Shown here in pieces: positions 1-9,464 of a stretch of DNA of 64,000 nucleotides. The DNA lies in the NCBI GenBank assembly GCA_048571215.1, contig CP182352.1:2848001-2912000 (forward strand). Direction: 5' to 3'. The position numbers were made by a program, and so were the translations under genes. The notes beneath the pieces were generated by a model. The model was not told where the DNA came from. It worked only from the letters and a program-made list of their open reading frames with translations, and did not search any database. This DNA is from Halarcobacter sp. (GTDB taxonomy: Bacteria; Campylobacterota; Campylobacteria; Campylobacterales; Arcobacteraceae). Position 1 is the first letter of the stretch. Each line of letters starts with the position of its first letter.

Positions 1-446
1 AAGCTAACAAAAAATATAAAAAATATTCAATCATTAGAACTGACGGTGTTTATGTTCCATCAGGGGAAAATGACAACATTATTGTTCAAAAATTAAATAA
101 AAATACTGATGCATTTGGTATTTTTGGTTTCTCTTTCTTAGTTGAAAATGATGATAAATTACAAGGTGCTACAATCAATGGTGTTAAACCAACTCCTGAA
201 AATATCTCTTCAGCTAAATACCCAGTATCTAGATCATTATATTTCTATGTTAAAAACTCTCACAAAAAAGATGTTCCTGCTATGAACAAATATATTGAGA
301 TGTTTATGTCTGAGAATATGATTGGTACAGAAGGTATCCTTTCAGAAATCGGTCTTATTCCATTACCAGATGCTCAAAGAACTGCTATTAGAAAATCTGT
401 AATGAGTGCTAAAAAAATCACAATGGATGATTTAAAACACAAATAA
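1..446 (+). CDS. pstS: Phosphate ABC transporter substrate-binding protein, 3' part (truncated by window start)
   Basis: Manual translation from base 3 gives ...GENDNIIVQKL...AFGIFGFSFL...YPVSRSLYFYVK...GLIPLP..., stop TAA at 444-446; upstream of pstCAB. Confidence 0.9.
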   Translation, partial: ANKKYKKYSIIRTDGVYVPSGENDNIIVQKLNKNTDAFGIFGFSFLVENDDKLQGATINGVKPTPENISSAKYPVSRSLYFYVKNSHKKDVPAMNKYIEMFMSENMIGTEGILSEIGLIPLPDAQRTAIRKSVMSAKKITMDDLKHK

Positions 447-452
447 ATCTAT

Positions 453-479
453 AAAAAAGAGGTTAATCCCTCTTTTTTT
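453..479 (+). terminator. Intrinsic terminator-like hairpin after pstS
   Basis: AAAAAAGAGG-ttaatc-CCTCTTTTTT stem with T tail. Confidence 0.75.
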
Positions 480-481
480 AG

Positions 482-548
482 TAGATTTATCTATAGCTTT
501 TTATCTGTCAGAGCGAACATGAGAGGTAAAAAGCTATAGACAAATCTA
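482..548. repeat. Long imperfect inverted repeat between pstS and the EAL/GGDEF gene
   Basis: TAGATTTATCTATAGCTTTTT ... AAAAAGCTATAGACAAATCTA (21-bp arms, 1 mismatch, extendable inward). Confidence 0.8.
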
Positions 549-567
549 TCTACAAGAGGACTGCCAA

Positions 568-2292
568 ATGTCAACAAAACTTGAGGTTGACAAAATCGAC
601 TTTGCATTCCAACCCATAGTAAATATCTATACAGGTAAAACACTTGGAGTTGAAGCACTTTTAAGAAATAGTGAAGAGCTTGGTTTCAATACTATATTAT
701 CATTATTTGACTCATACTTTAAACAAAAAAAACTCTTAGATATTGATTTAAAATATATAGAAAAAGTTATAAAAAAATTTAAAAAGATAGATTCTATAGA
801 TAATCTAAAACTATTTTACAATCTAGATAATAGAGTTATAAATGATAAAAACTTCGATATTGAAAGATATGATGCCCTACTAAAAGAGTTAAATATAAAA
901 CACTCCACAATATATCTTGAGGTTACAAAACAAAACAATATGGAAGATGAGAGTCTTACAAAAGTTTTAATACCAACTTTTAGTGAAAATAACTACTATT
1001 TGACAATTGATAACTTTGGTAGCCAAACTACAGACTTAAGCCTTCTTTATATAGCCCAAACAGATTATGTAAAAATTGATAGATATTTTATACATGATAT
1101 TAGAACCAATGCAAAAAAAAGAATTTTTTGTTCATCTGTTGTTGATTTAGCCCATACTATGAATAAAAAAGTGATTGCTTTAGGTATAGAAACAACTGAA
1201 GAGTATTATATTTGTAAAGAGTTAAGATTTGATTTTATTCAAGGTTATTTAGTATCTAAACCAACTTTAGATGTTGAAAATATAAAAAAAAGATATCCCC
1301 ATATAAAAGATTTAGCAAAATCTGACAAAAGGGGTTTATACGATAATTTAATTGATAAGAGTTATATAGATAAAGTTGAACCTTTAAATGAAAATACAAC
1401 TCTACATGATTTATTTATCTACTTTAAAAAAAATAGATACAACACTTTTGTTCCCATTGTTGATGATAATAAAAAGATCTTAGGTGCTATATATGAAGTA
1501 GATATTAAAGGTATTTCATATTCACAATATGGCTTATCTTTAGCACAAAACAGCTCTTATAGATCTAAGCTAAAAAGCTTTATAGAACCTGTAATTCAAA
1601 TCGATATTACCTGGGGGATAGATAAAGCTTTGGAACTATTTAGTATGCAAAGTGATTCAAAAGGTTTATTTGTAACTAAAAATGATAAATATTATGGCTT
1701 TATTAATCTTAACAATCTTCTTTCACTTTCATACAAAAGAAACTTAGAGATTGCAGAAAATAAAAACCCCCTTACTAAACTTCCAGGTAACAATCAAATA
1801 GAAAAATATATAGATAATATATTTGAAAGTCAAATTGAAGCCCAAGTAGTATATTTTGATTTTAATGATTTCAAACCCTTTAATGACAAATATGGATTTA
1901 GACAAGGGGATAGAGCTATTTTAATGTTTTCTGAAATATTACAAAAAATCATCTCAAAAGATGGATTTATAGCCCATGTTGGAGGAGATGATTTTGTATC
2001 AATTTTTATAAAAAAAGATTATATTGAAACCTATAATTTAGTTAAAGCAATACAAGATGAATTTAAAAACTCTGCAGTAAGTCTTTACAATGATGAGGAT
2101 ATAAAAAATAACTATATGGTTGCAAAAGATAGATTTGGAATAAGTAGACAATTTAAACTTTTATCTGTTAGTTGTGCCATCATACACTTAATACCTTCTA
2201 GTACCCTAAACGGATTCAACTCTAAATTAGGTGAGATAAAAAAGGGTTCTAAACAAATACCCTTTCCACTAGGTGCAACAATAATATTGTAA
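568..2292 (+). CDS. EAL-CBS-GGDEF c-di-GMP signalling protein
   Basis: FQPIV..VEALLR EAL domain, central CBS-like pair, NPLTKLP..DFNDFKPFND..GD..GGDDF; RBS GAGGA. Confidence 0.85.
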   Translation: MSTKLEVDKIDFAFQPIVNIYTGKTLGVEALLRNSEELGFNTILSLFDSYFKQKKLLDIDLKYIEKVIKKFKKIDSIDNLKLFYNLDNRVINDKNFDIERYDALLKELNIKHSTIYLEVTKQNNMEDESLTKVLIPTFSENNYYLTIDNFGSQTTDLSLLYIAQTDYVKIDRYFIHDIRTNAKKRIFCSSVVDLAHTMNKKVIALGIETTEEYYICKELRFDFIQGYLVSKPTLDVENIKKRYPHIKDLAKSDKRGLYDNLIDKSYIDKVEPLNENTTLHDLFIYFKKNRYNTFVPIVDDNKKILGAIYEVDIKGISYSQYGLSLAQNSSYRSKLKSFIEPVIQIDITWGIDKALELFSMQSDSKGLFVTKNDKYYGFINLNNLLSLSYKRNLEIAENKNPLTKLPGNNQIEKYIDNIFESQIEAQVVYFDFNDFKPFNDKYGFRQGDRAILMFSEILQKIISKDGFIAHVGGDDFVSIFIKKDYIETYNLVKAIQDEFKNSAVSLYNDEDIKNNYMVAKDRFGISRQFKLLSVSCAIIHLIPSSTLNGFNSKLGEIKKGSKQIPFPLGATIIL

Positions 2293-2320
2293 CTAAGTTG
2301 TAACCATATTAAACTAGAAT
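2287..2320 (+). promoter_or_regulatory. Pho-box-like direct repeat (TTGTAAC-N4-TTGTAAC) and -10 TAGAAT upstream of pstC
   Basis: TTGTAAC at 2287 and 2298 (11-bp period typical of OmpR/PhoB-family sites); TAGAAT at 2315-2320. Confidence 0.55.
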
Positions 2321-2348
2321 TTCATAAAATTTAGTTAGGGGTATTATT

Positions 2349-3278
2349 TTGCATTCATTTGAACCTAAAAACAAAAGTGTAGTTTTTAAAGAAAAACTGA
2401 TAAAACTAATGTTAATTACCGCTTCAACTATCTCAATTCTGACCACCTTTGGTATATTATTCTCAATTTTATTCGAAGCAATTGCCTTTTTTGAATTAAG
2501 AAGTTTTTGGTACTTCTTAACAGGTACTGAATGGTCTCCAGGAGTTATTGGTAGTAAATTTGGAGCAGTTCCTATTTTTGCAGGAACATTTATGATTACT
2601 TTAATCGCCATGATTGTTGCAGTTCCTGTTGGTTTAGGAAGTGCTATATATATGAGTGAGTATGCAGGTCATAAAACTAGAGATTATTTAAAACCTATTT
2701 TAGAAATACTTGCTGGTATTCCAACAGTTGTTTATGGTTTCTTTGCAGCTATTACAGTTGCTCCTGCTATAGTAAAAGGTGCAGCTTTTTTTGGTTTAGA
2801 AGCAACCTTTAACTCTGCCCTTGCTTCTGGTGTTGTTATGGGTATTATGATTATTCCCGTGATATCTTCACTTAGTGATGATGTAATTAGAGCAGTACCA
2901 GATTCTCAAAGAAAAGCTTCTTTAGGACTTGGATTAACACAAGGTGAAACTATTAAGAATATTGTTATCCCATCTGCTATGCCTGGTATAATATCAGCTG
3001 TATTGTTAGGTTTTTCAAAAGCAGTTGGTGAAACTATGATTGTTGTTATGGCAGCAGGTTTACGACCAAATTTATCTATTAATCCACTAGAAGATATGAC
3101 AACTGTTACAGTTAGAATAGTTGATGCCTTAGTTGGTGACCAAGCATTTAATTCTCCTGATACATTGGTTGCATTTGCCTTGGGACTTGCCCTATTTGTA
3201 GTAACATTGATTCTTAACATTATCTCATTGATGATGATTAGAAAATTTAAAGAAAAATACAAAGTGAATACATTATGA
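2349..3278 (+). CDS. pstC: Phosphate ABC transporter permease PstC
   Basis: LAGIPTVVYG, AVGETM motifs; hydrophobic; TTG start. Confidence 0.95.
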   Translation: MHSFEPKNKSVVFKEKLIKLMLITASTISILTTFGILFSILFEAIAFFELRSFWYFLTGTEWSPGVIGSKFGAVPIFAGTFMITLIAMIVAVPVGLGSAIYMSEYAGHKTRDYLKPILEILAGIPTVVYGFFAAITVAPAIVKGAAFFGLEATFNSALASGVVMGIMIIPVISSLSDDVIRAVPDSQRKASLGLGLTQGETIKNIVIPSAMPGIISAVLLGFSKAVGETMIVVMAAGLRPNLSINPLEDMTTVTVRIVDALVGDQAFNSPDTLVAFALGLALFVVTLILNIISLMMIRKFKEKYKVNTL

Positions 3279-4462
3279 TTAGTAAAAAAAATAAAAAACT
3301 AGAAAACAATCCATTTTATGATCCAAGTTTAAACAGCAGACATAGAAGTTCAAAAAGATTTAAAAAGTTTACTTTAGCTTCACTAATCTTTTCAATTGCA
3401 TTCTTAGCCTTCTTTTTATTTGATATTACATCAAAAGGAACACCTGCATTTAAGCAAGCGTATTTATATATTCCAGTTTCTTATAATGAAAAAAGTATAA
3501 AAATCACAAGAACTGCAATTGAAAGAAAATACAGAAGAATTGTATCAAGAGCATGGTTAAGAGAGATTCCAAACGATGTAAAAAATGATCCATCACTAAT
3601 GGGAAAAACAGTTTTTAAATGGGTATTAGCAGATGATCAAGTTGACCAATACTTAAAAGGTCATTATTATAAACTAAAAAGAAAAGATAGAGCATTAGTT
3701 GATGATATGAAAGCTCATAAGGAGGTTGAACTAAAATTTAATACAATATTTTTTACAAATGGAGATTCAAAAATTCCAGAGTTTGCAGGTTTAAATTCAG
3801 CAATAACAGGTTCAATATTTACACTTATAATAACTATGCTTTTTGCTTTTCCTATTGGGGTTATGACAGCAATTTATCTTGAAGAGTTTGCAGATGATAA
3901 TAAGTTTACTCAAACAATCGAAGTAAATATTAATAACCTTGCTGCTATACCATCTATTTTATTTGGTCTTTTAGGTTTAGCAATATTTATTAACCTATTT
4001 GGTTTACCTAGGTCTTCCCCTCTTGTTGGTGGTTTAACCCTTGCCCTTATGACCTTGCCAATTATTATAGTAAGTTCAAGAGCAGCCTTAAGAGCAGTTC
4101 CAGATTCAATTAGACAAGCTGGATATGGTTTAGGACTTACAAAAATAGAAGTTACAAGAGACCATGTATTACCTTTAGCCTTTCCAGGTATCTTAACTGG
4201 TTCTATTATTGGTTTAGCACAAGCTATGGGTGAAACTGCACCATTAATTATTATTGGTATGATTGCATTTATTCCAGATGCACCAAATTCAGTTTTCCAA
4301 GCAGCAACAGTTATGCCTGCACAATTATTTACTTGGGCTGGAATGCCAGAAAGAATGTATATAGAAAAAACAGCAGCTGGTATTATGGTGTTATTATCAA
4401 TCTTAATTTCACTAAATGCATTAGCGATTTATCTTAGAAAAAAATATGAAGTAAAATGGTAA
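3275..4462 (+). CDS. pstA: Phosphate ABC transporter permease PstA
   Basis: NNLAAIPSILFGLLG, AMGETAPL; ATGA overlap with pstC. Confidence 0.95.
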   Translation: MISKKNKKLENNPFYDPSLNSRHRSSKRFKKFTLASLIFSIAFLAFFLFDITSKGTPAFKQAYLYIPVSYNEKSIKITRTAIERKYRRIVSRAWLREIPNDVKNDPSLMGKTVFKWVLADDQVDQYLKGHYYKLKRKDRALVDDMKAHKEVELKFNTIFFTNGDSKIPEFAGLNSAITGSIFTLIITMLFAFPIGVMTAIYLEEFADDNKFTQTIEVNINNLAAIPSILFGLLGLAIFINLFGLPRSSPLVGGLTLALMTLPIIIVSSRAALRAVPDSIRQAGYGLGLTKIEVTRDHVLPLAFPGILTGSIIGLAQAMGETAPLIIIGMIAFIPDAPNSVFQAATVMPAQLFTWAGMPERMYIEKTAAGIMVLLSILISLNALAIYLRKKYEVKW

Positions 4463-4473
4463 AAGGAAAATAG

Positions 4474-5244
4474 ATGTCAAATAAAAATAATATAAAAGTA
4501 GATGTTAGTGAACTAAATTTATGGTATGGAGATAACCATGCCTTACACAATATCACTGTTCCACTATATGAAAATAAAATCACAGCCCTTATTGGACCAT
4601 CAGGATGTGGAAAATCTACATTTTTAAGATGTTTAAATAGAATGAATGATTTAATCTCAATTGTAAAAATTGACGGTGAAGTTGTAATTGATAAAAAAAA
4701 TATTTATGACAAAGATGTAGATGAAGTAAGTGTTAGAAAAAAGATTGGAATGGTTTTTCAACAACCTAATCCTTTTCCAAAATCAATCTATGATAATGTA
4801 TCTTATGCCCCACTAAAACATGGGCAAGTAAAAAAAGGAAAAGCTTGTGATGAATTGGTTGAAAAATCTTTAATAGATGCTGGTCTTTGGGATGAAGTTA
4901 AAGATAAATTAACTGATCCTGGAACTTCATTATCAGGTGGTCAACAACAAAGACTTTGTATAGCAAGAACAATTGCAGTTAAACCTGAGGTTATCTTAAT
5001 GGATGAGCCAACTTCTGCCCTTGACCCTATTTCAACTGAAAAAATTGAAGCCCTTATGTTAGAGTTAAAAAAGAAATATACTATTATAACAGTTACTCAT
5101 AATATGCAACAAGCAGCAAGAGTTGCAGATTATACAGCATTTTTCCATTTAGGAAAACTTATTGAATATGATGAAACAGAAGTTATTTTTGTTAACCCAT
5201 CAAATAAGAAAACAGAAGACTATATTACAGGAAGGTTCGGATAA
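4474..5244 (+). CDS. pstB: Phosphate ABC transporter ATPase PstB
   Basis: [33 protein letters not shown]. Confidence 0.97.
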   Translation: MSNKNNIKVDVSELNLWYGDNHALHNITVPLYENKITALIGPSGCGKSTFLRCLNRMNDLISIVKIDGEVVIDKKNIYDKDVDEVSVRKKIGMVFQQPNPFPKSIYDNVSYAPLKHGQVKKGKACDELVEKSLIDAGLWDEVKDKLTDPGTSLSGGQQQRLCIARTIAVKPEVILMDEPTSALDPISTEKIEALMLELKKKYTIITVTHNMQQAARVADYTAFFHLGKLIEYDETEVIFVNPSNKKTEDYITGRFG

Positions 5245-5912
5245 TGTTAAAACCATATGAAGAGAATATCAACAAAATAAAAGAGGATGTGTTTGAAATA
5301 GGTCAAGACCTGATTCAAGCAAATAAGATTGCCCTATCAGCTCTAAAAGAGAATGATTTAAACATGATGAAAGATATCTCTATATCTATCTCAAAATTAT
5401 CTGCTAAATCGAATGAGATTGATAATATCATAGTTAAAACACTTGCTTTATATTCTCCTGAAGCTAGAGATTTAAGAGCTATGGTATCTTATTTAAAAAT
5501 TACAAATGAGTTAGTAAGAGCTGGAGCAAATGTTAAAACATTTGTAAAACAATTTAAAAAATCTTTCTCTGATGATTTAAATAAAAAAACCATTTTAGAA
5601 TACGCTATTCCTTTACTAAAATCTTCAAATCTAGCCTTACAAATAGCAATAGATATGGTTAAAGAACCAAATGACGAACTTTTAGAAGAGCTTTATCATA
5701 AGGTATCTGTAGAAGAGAGCAAGACAGATGATTTATATGCAATGGTTGAAAAAAATATTTTAAAACTTATTACAAAAAACCAATCTCTTTCTAGGGACTA
5801 TTTTGATGTTTTAAGTAGTTTAAGAAGACTAGAAAAAACTGCTGATAGAGCAGCTTCAATTGCAAACCTACTACTTTTTGCTGAAGTTGGTGGGGAGATA
5901 GAACAATCATAA
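5244..5912 (+). CDS. phoU: Phosphate signalling protein PhoU
   Basis: Two helical repeats (PEARDLR..ELVR; LEKTADRAASIA); follows pstB. Confidence 0.85.
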   Translation: MLKPYEENINKIKEDVFEIGQDLIQANKIALSALKENDLNMMKDISISISKLSAKSNEIDNIIVKTLALYSPEARDLRAMVSYLKITNELVRAGANVKTFVKQFKKSFSDDLNKKTILEYAIPLLKSSNLALQIAIDMVKEPNDELLEELYHKVSVEESKTDDLYAMVEKNILKLITKNQSLSRDYFDVLSSLRRLEKTADRAASIANLLLFAEVGGEIEQS

Positions 5913-5915
5913 TTA

Positions 5916-5924
5916 TGCTATAAT
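5916..5924 (+). promoter_or_regulatory. Extended -10 promoter TGcTATAAT, probably leaderless for the gene at 5932
   Basis: TATAAT at 5919-5924, 7 nt before the ATG, no Shine-Dalgarno. Confidence 0.6.
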
Positions 5925-5931
5925 AATTTTT

Positions 5932-6393
5932 ATGAAAAGAGCACTTGTTAACATAAAAAAATATTTCAGTACAAATTACGAAGTTTTAGCCGCAGCTGTT
6001 ATCTTCGTAATTGTTTTAAGTTCTGGATACGAATTCCCTCAAGTAATAATTTTGATGTTAGAATTTATTGTTGTGATGGAAGTTGTTAAGATGATTTCTG
6101 ACTTTATCAAAAAAGAAAAGTTAAGACTTCGTTTTGTAATAGATATCTTTATAATTTTTTTAATTAGAGATGTAATAATAAACGCATCCCATACAAATAA
6201 AGACTATTTTACTATATTGTTTTTACTTTTTGTAATTTTTATATTCTTTATTTTTAGAATTTTAGCCATAAAATTCTCACCTGGGGTAATTAAAATCTCT
6301 AAAGATACAGTAATTGAATATGAAGATGAAAGAAGTGAAAAAAAAGTTACTGAAAATAAAAATGAAATAGAAAAGAAGTTACATAATGAATGA
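5932..6393 (+). CDS. PsiE-family phosphate-starvation-inducible membrane protein
   Basis: Four hydrophobic segments, LRFVIDIFIIFLIRDVII; pho context. Confidence 0.7.
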   Translation: MKRALVNIKKYFSTNYEVLAAAVIFVIVLSSGYEFPQVIILMLEFIVVMEVVKMISDFIKKEKLRLRFVIDIFIIFLIRDVIINASHTNKDYFTILFLLFVIFIFFIFRILAIKFSPGVIKISKDTVIEYEDERSEKKVTENKNEIEKKLHNE

Positions 6394-7060
6394 GAAGCTA
6401 ATATTAATTGTTGAAGATGAAGAGGATATTTTAGAACTATTAGAATATACCCTACAAAAAAATGGTTATGAAACAATTGGTTTTTTAAGTGTCAATGATA
6501 AATTAAAAAAAATTTTTGATGAAGAGAAAATTGATTTAATTTTAATGGATAGAAATCTACCTGGGTTAGATGGTACTTCTTTTATAAATGATATTAAAGA
6601 GCAAGGTTATAATATACCTGTAATATATTTAACAGCTAAAGATAAAGATGAGGATATTTTAGAAGGTTTTAACTCATATGCTGATGATTATATAACCAAA
6701 CCATTCAATATTAAAGAGTTATTAGCAAGAGTTAATGCCGTTATAAAAAGAACTAGCAAAGAAGTTGATGTTTTAAAAGTGCGCGATATTACATACAAAT
6801 CTATAAATAAAAAGTTTTTTATAGGTTCAGAAAATATTGATTTAACACACCTTGAACACGATTTACTTTTAGAATTTATGAAAAACAAAGATATCCTTAT
6901 GACAAGAGAACACCTTTTAGAAGCTGTTTGGGAAGATTCTTATGATAAAAAATTAAAAACAGTTAATGTCGCAATAAAAAGATTAAAAGCAAAAATTGAC
7001 CCAAATAATAAAAAAGACTATATAAAATCAGTAAGGGGTGAAGGTTATCTATTTTGTTAA
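6386..7060 (+). CDS. OmpR/PhoB-family response regulator (probable phosphate regulator)
   Basis: VEDE, LMDRNLP, ADDYITKPF, wHTH ..SVRGEGY; pst context. Confidence 0.9.
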   Translation: MNEKLILIVEDEEDILELLEYTLQKNGYETIGFLSVNDKLKKIFDEEKIDLILMDRNLPGLDGTSFINDIKEQGYNIPVIYLTAKDKDEDILEGFNSYADDYITKPFNIKELLARVNAVIKRTSKEVDVLKVRDITYKSINKKFFIGSENIDLTHLEHDLLLEFMKNKDILMTREHLLEAVWEDSYDKKLKTVNVAIKRLKAKIDPNNKKDYIKSVRGEGYLFC

Positions 7061-8430
7061 AGATTCACCAACTTTTTTTAAGAACTTTCTCACTTATATT
7101 TTTTATAATTTTAATTGCACTAAGTGCTACAACATATTTTTGGTCTAAAAATATATATCTTGACCAAATAGAAAAAAATCTATCTCAAAATATCGATTCT
7201 CTATCTATCTCACTCACCTCCTTTGATAATTTAGCATATATTATAAAAACATTCAAAGCTAAAACAGGACTTAGAATAACTATTATTGATGAAGATGGTA
7301 CAGTAATAGCTGATAGTGATAAAGATGTAAAACTTATGGAAAACCATTTAAATAGATATGAGATTGTGCATGCAAAGTATGAAGGTTATGGGAAAAGTGT
7401 AAGATACTCTAAAACACTCAAAGAAGAGTTACTTTATGTGGCAAAAAAAATAGTTGTTGATGATCATATTTATTTCTTAAGACTAGCAGACTATACAGCA
7501 AAAATCAAAGAAAATTTTACAAAGCTTATTTACCAAATCTTCATTTTTATTGCAGTGTTTTTGATTGGTGCCTTAATTATTGCCTATTATTTAAGTATAA
7601 AAATCAAATACGAGACAAACGCTATCTTAGAATATTTAGTTAAGCTAAGTGATAAAAGACCAGATTATGAGATATATTCAGACTTCTCTGATGAATTCAA
7701 TAAAATCACAAGATTGTTAAATAAAGTTGCTTTGAAACTATCAAAAAGGGATAAACAAAAATCAAAACAAACAGCAAAACTAAAAATTGCCAATAAACAA
7801 AAAGATGAGATTATTTCTGCCATTTCCCATGAATTTAAAAATCCTATTGCTGTTATTTTAGGATATAGTGAAACAATTTTAAATGATAAAGATTTACCAA
7901 ATAGTATGAAAACCAAGTTTTTAATGAAAATATTTTCAAATGGTAATAAAATGTCACAGATTATTGATAAGTTAAGACTGACTTTAAAACTTGAAGAGGG
8001 GAAACAACAAATCATGACCCAGGAGTGTTGCTTAAAAACACTTTGTGAGCATGTTATCTCTGATTTAAAGGATAAATATACAGATAGAGAGATAATACTA
8101 AAAGGGGAAGATAAAAAGATATCAGTGGATGAAACTCTTTTTTCTATGGCTCTTACAAACCTAATTGAAAATGGTTTGAAATACTCAGACAACGAAATTA
8201 TAGTTGAACTTCATAAGGATTCAATCTCTATTTTAGACAAGGGAATTGGTATTGCACCAAAAGATTTAAAAAAAATAAATAAAAAGTTTTATAGGGTATC
8301 AAGAAACGGTTGGAATAACTCACTTGGACTTGGACTTTTTATTGTACATTCTATTTTAAAACTGCATGGATTTGAGCTTGAAATTAAAAGTGAAATCAAG
8401 ATTGGTTCTGAATTTATTATAAAATATTAA
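7054..8430 (+). CDS. PhoR-like sensor histidine kinase
   Basis: Two TM segments, MENHLNRYE sensor motif, ISHEFKNP H-box, N/G boxes (NLIENGLKYS, DKGIGI, GLGL). Confidence 0.9.
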   Translation: MLKIHQLFLRTFSLIFFIILIALSATTYFWSKNIYLDQIEKNLSQNIDSLSISLTSFDNLAYIIKTFKAKTGLRITIIDEDGTVIADSDKDVKLMENHLNRYEIVHAKYEGYGKSVRYSKTLKEELLYVAKKIVVDDHIYFLRLADYTAKIKENFTKLIYQIFIFIAVFLIGALIIAYYLSIKIKYETNAILEYLVKLSDKRPDYEIYSDFSDEFNKITRLLNKVALKLSKRDKQKSKQTAKLKIANKQKDEIISAISHEFKNPIAVILGYSETILNDKDLPNSMKTKFLMKIFSNGNKMSQIIDKLRLTLKLEEGKQQIMTQECCLKTLCEHVISDLKDKYTDREIILKGEDKKISVDETLFSMALTNLIENGLKYSDNEIIVELHKDSISILDKGIGIAPKDLKKINKKFYRVSRNGWNNSLGLGLFIVHSILKLHGFELEIKSEIKIGSEFIIKY

Positions 8431-8506
8431 ATTCTACTTAATTTAAGTATTTTTTAAGTATTACTACACTATTATTCCACCTCATTAATTAAATCGGAGA
8501 AAATAA

Positions 8507-8926
8507 ATGAAATTTACTCAAATGGCAAAAGCTAACGAAATCGAAAGAGATTGGATAGTAGTAGATGCAACAGATAAAGTATTTGGTAGAATTATTACTG
8601 AAGTTGCAACACTATTAAGAGGTAAACATAAGCCTTCTTATACTCCTCATGTAGACTGTGGAGACAATGTAATTATCATCAATGCATCTAAAGCTAGATT
8701 CACTGGTGCAAAATTAGAAGATAAAAACTATTTTACACACTCAGGATATTTTGGTAGTACAAAAACTCATAAAATGTCTGACATGTTAGAAAAGAACCCT
8801 GAAAAGCTTTATAAATTGGCAACAAGAGGTATGCTTCCAAAAACTAAACTTGGAAAAGTAATGTTAAAAAAATTAAAAGTATACGCAGGTAGCGAGCACC
8901 CACACACTGCGCAAATTAAAGGATAA
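8507..8926 (+). CDS. rplM: 50S ribosomal protein L13
   Basis: [22 protein letters not shown]. Confidence 0.98.
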   Translation: MKFTQMAKANEIERDWIVVDATDKVFGRIITEVATLLRGKHKPSYTPHVDCGDNVIIINASKARFTGAKLEDKNYFTHSGYFGSTKTHKMSDMLEKNPEKLYKLATRGMLPKTKLGKVMLKKLKVYAGSEHPHTAQIKG

Positions 8927-8931
8927 GACTA

Positions 8932-9321
8932 ATGGCAAAAATATATGCAACAGGAAGAAGAAAAACTTCTATCGCAAAAGTATGGTTAGAAAATGGTAAT
9001 GGACAACTAACAATCAACGGTCAAACTTTAGATGCATGGTTAGGTGGTCACGAAGCTATTAAAAAAAGAGTTATGCAACCTTTAGAAGTATCTAAACAAG
9101 AAACTTCTGTAAATATTGTTATTAAAACTTTAGGTGGTGGTTACTCTGCACAAGCTGATGCAGCTAGACATGGTATTTCTAGAGCATTAGTAGCTTTTGA
9201 TGAACAATTCAGAACTATCTTAAAACCTTATGGTTTATTAACAAGAGATGCAAGATCTGTTGAGAGAAAAAAATACGGAAGAAAAAAAGCAAGAAAGTCT
9301 ACTCAATTTTCAAAACGTTAA
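8932..9321 (+). CDS. rpsI: 30S ribosomal protein S9
   Basis: YATGRRK, GGG..AQA, ERKKYG..KARK..QFSKR. Confidence 0.98.
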   Translation: MAKIYATGRRKTSIAKVWLENGNGQLTINGQTLDAWLGGHEAIKKRVMQPLEVSKQETSVNIVIKTLGGGYSAQADAARHGISRALVAFDEQFRTILKPYGLLTRDARSVERKKYGRKKARKSTQFSKR

Positions 9322-9399
9322 TAGTTTTATTTTTCGTAGAATCATTGAACGTTTCTGTGAAAAAGATAATTGGTATTTTCAAGATTTATTTCTTACATC

Positions 9400-9428
9400 A
9401 AAGGAGCAACAATGTTGCTCCTTTTTTT
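9400..9428 (+). terminator. Intrinsic terminator of rplM-rpsI
   Basis: AAAGGAGCAACA-a-TGTTGCTCCTTT followed by a T run. Confidence 0.85.
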
Positions 9429-9464
9429 ATGCACTTTTTTATAAAAACATATTACAATATACCC

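Noticed and set aside
2309..3262. Minus-strand ORFs within pstC, and similar short antisense or alternate-frame ORFs across the window (e.g. 7665-8192, 32964-33440, 35185-35580)
   Set aside because: They overlap well-supported genes and show no recognisable motifs
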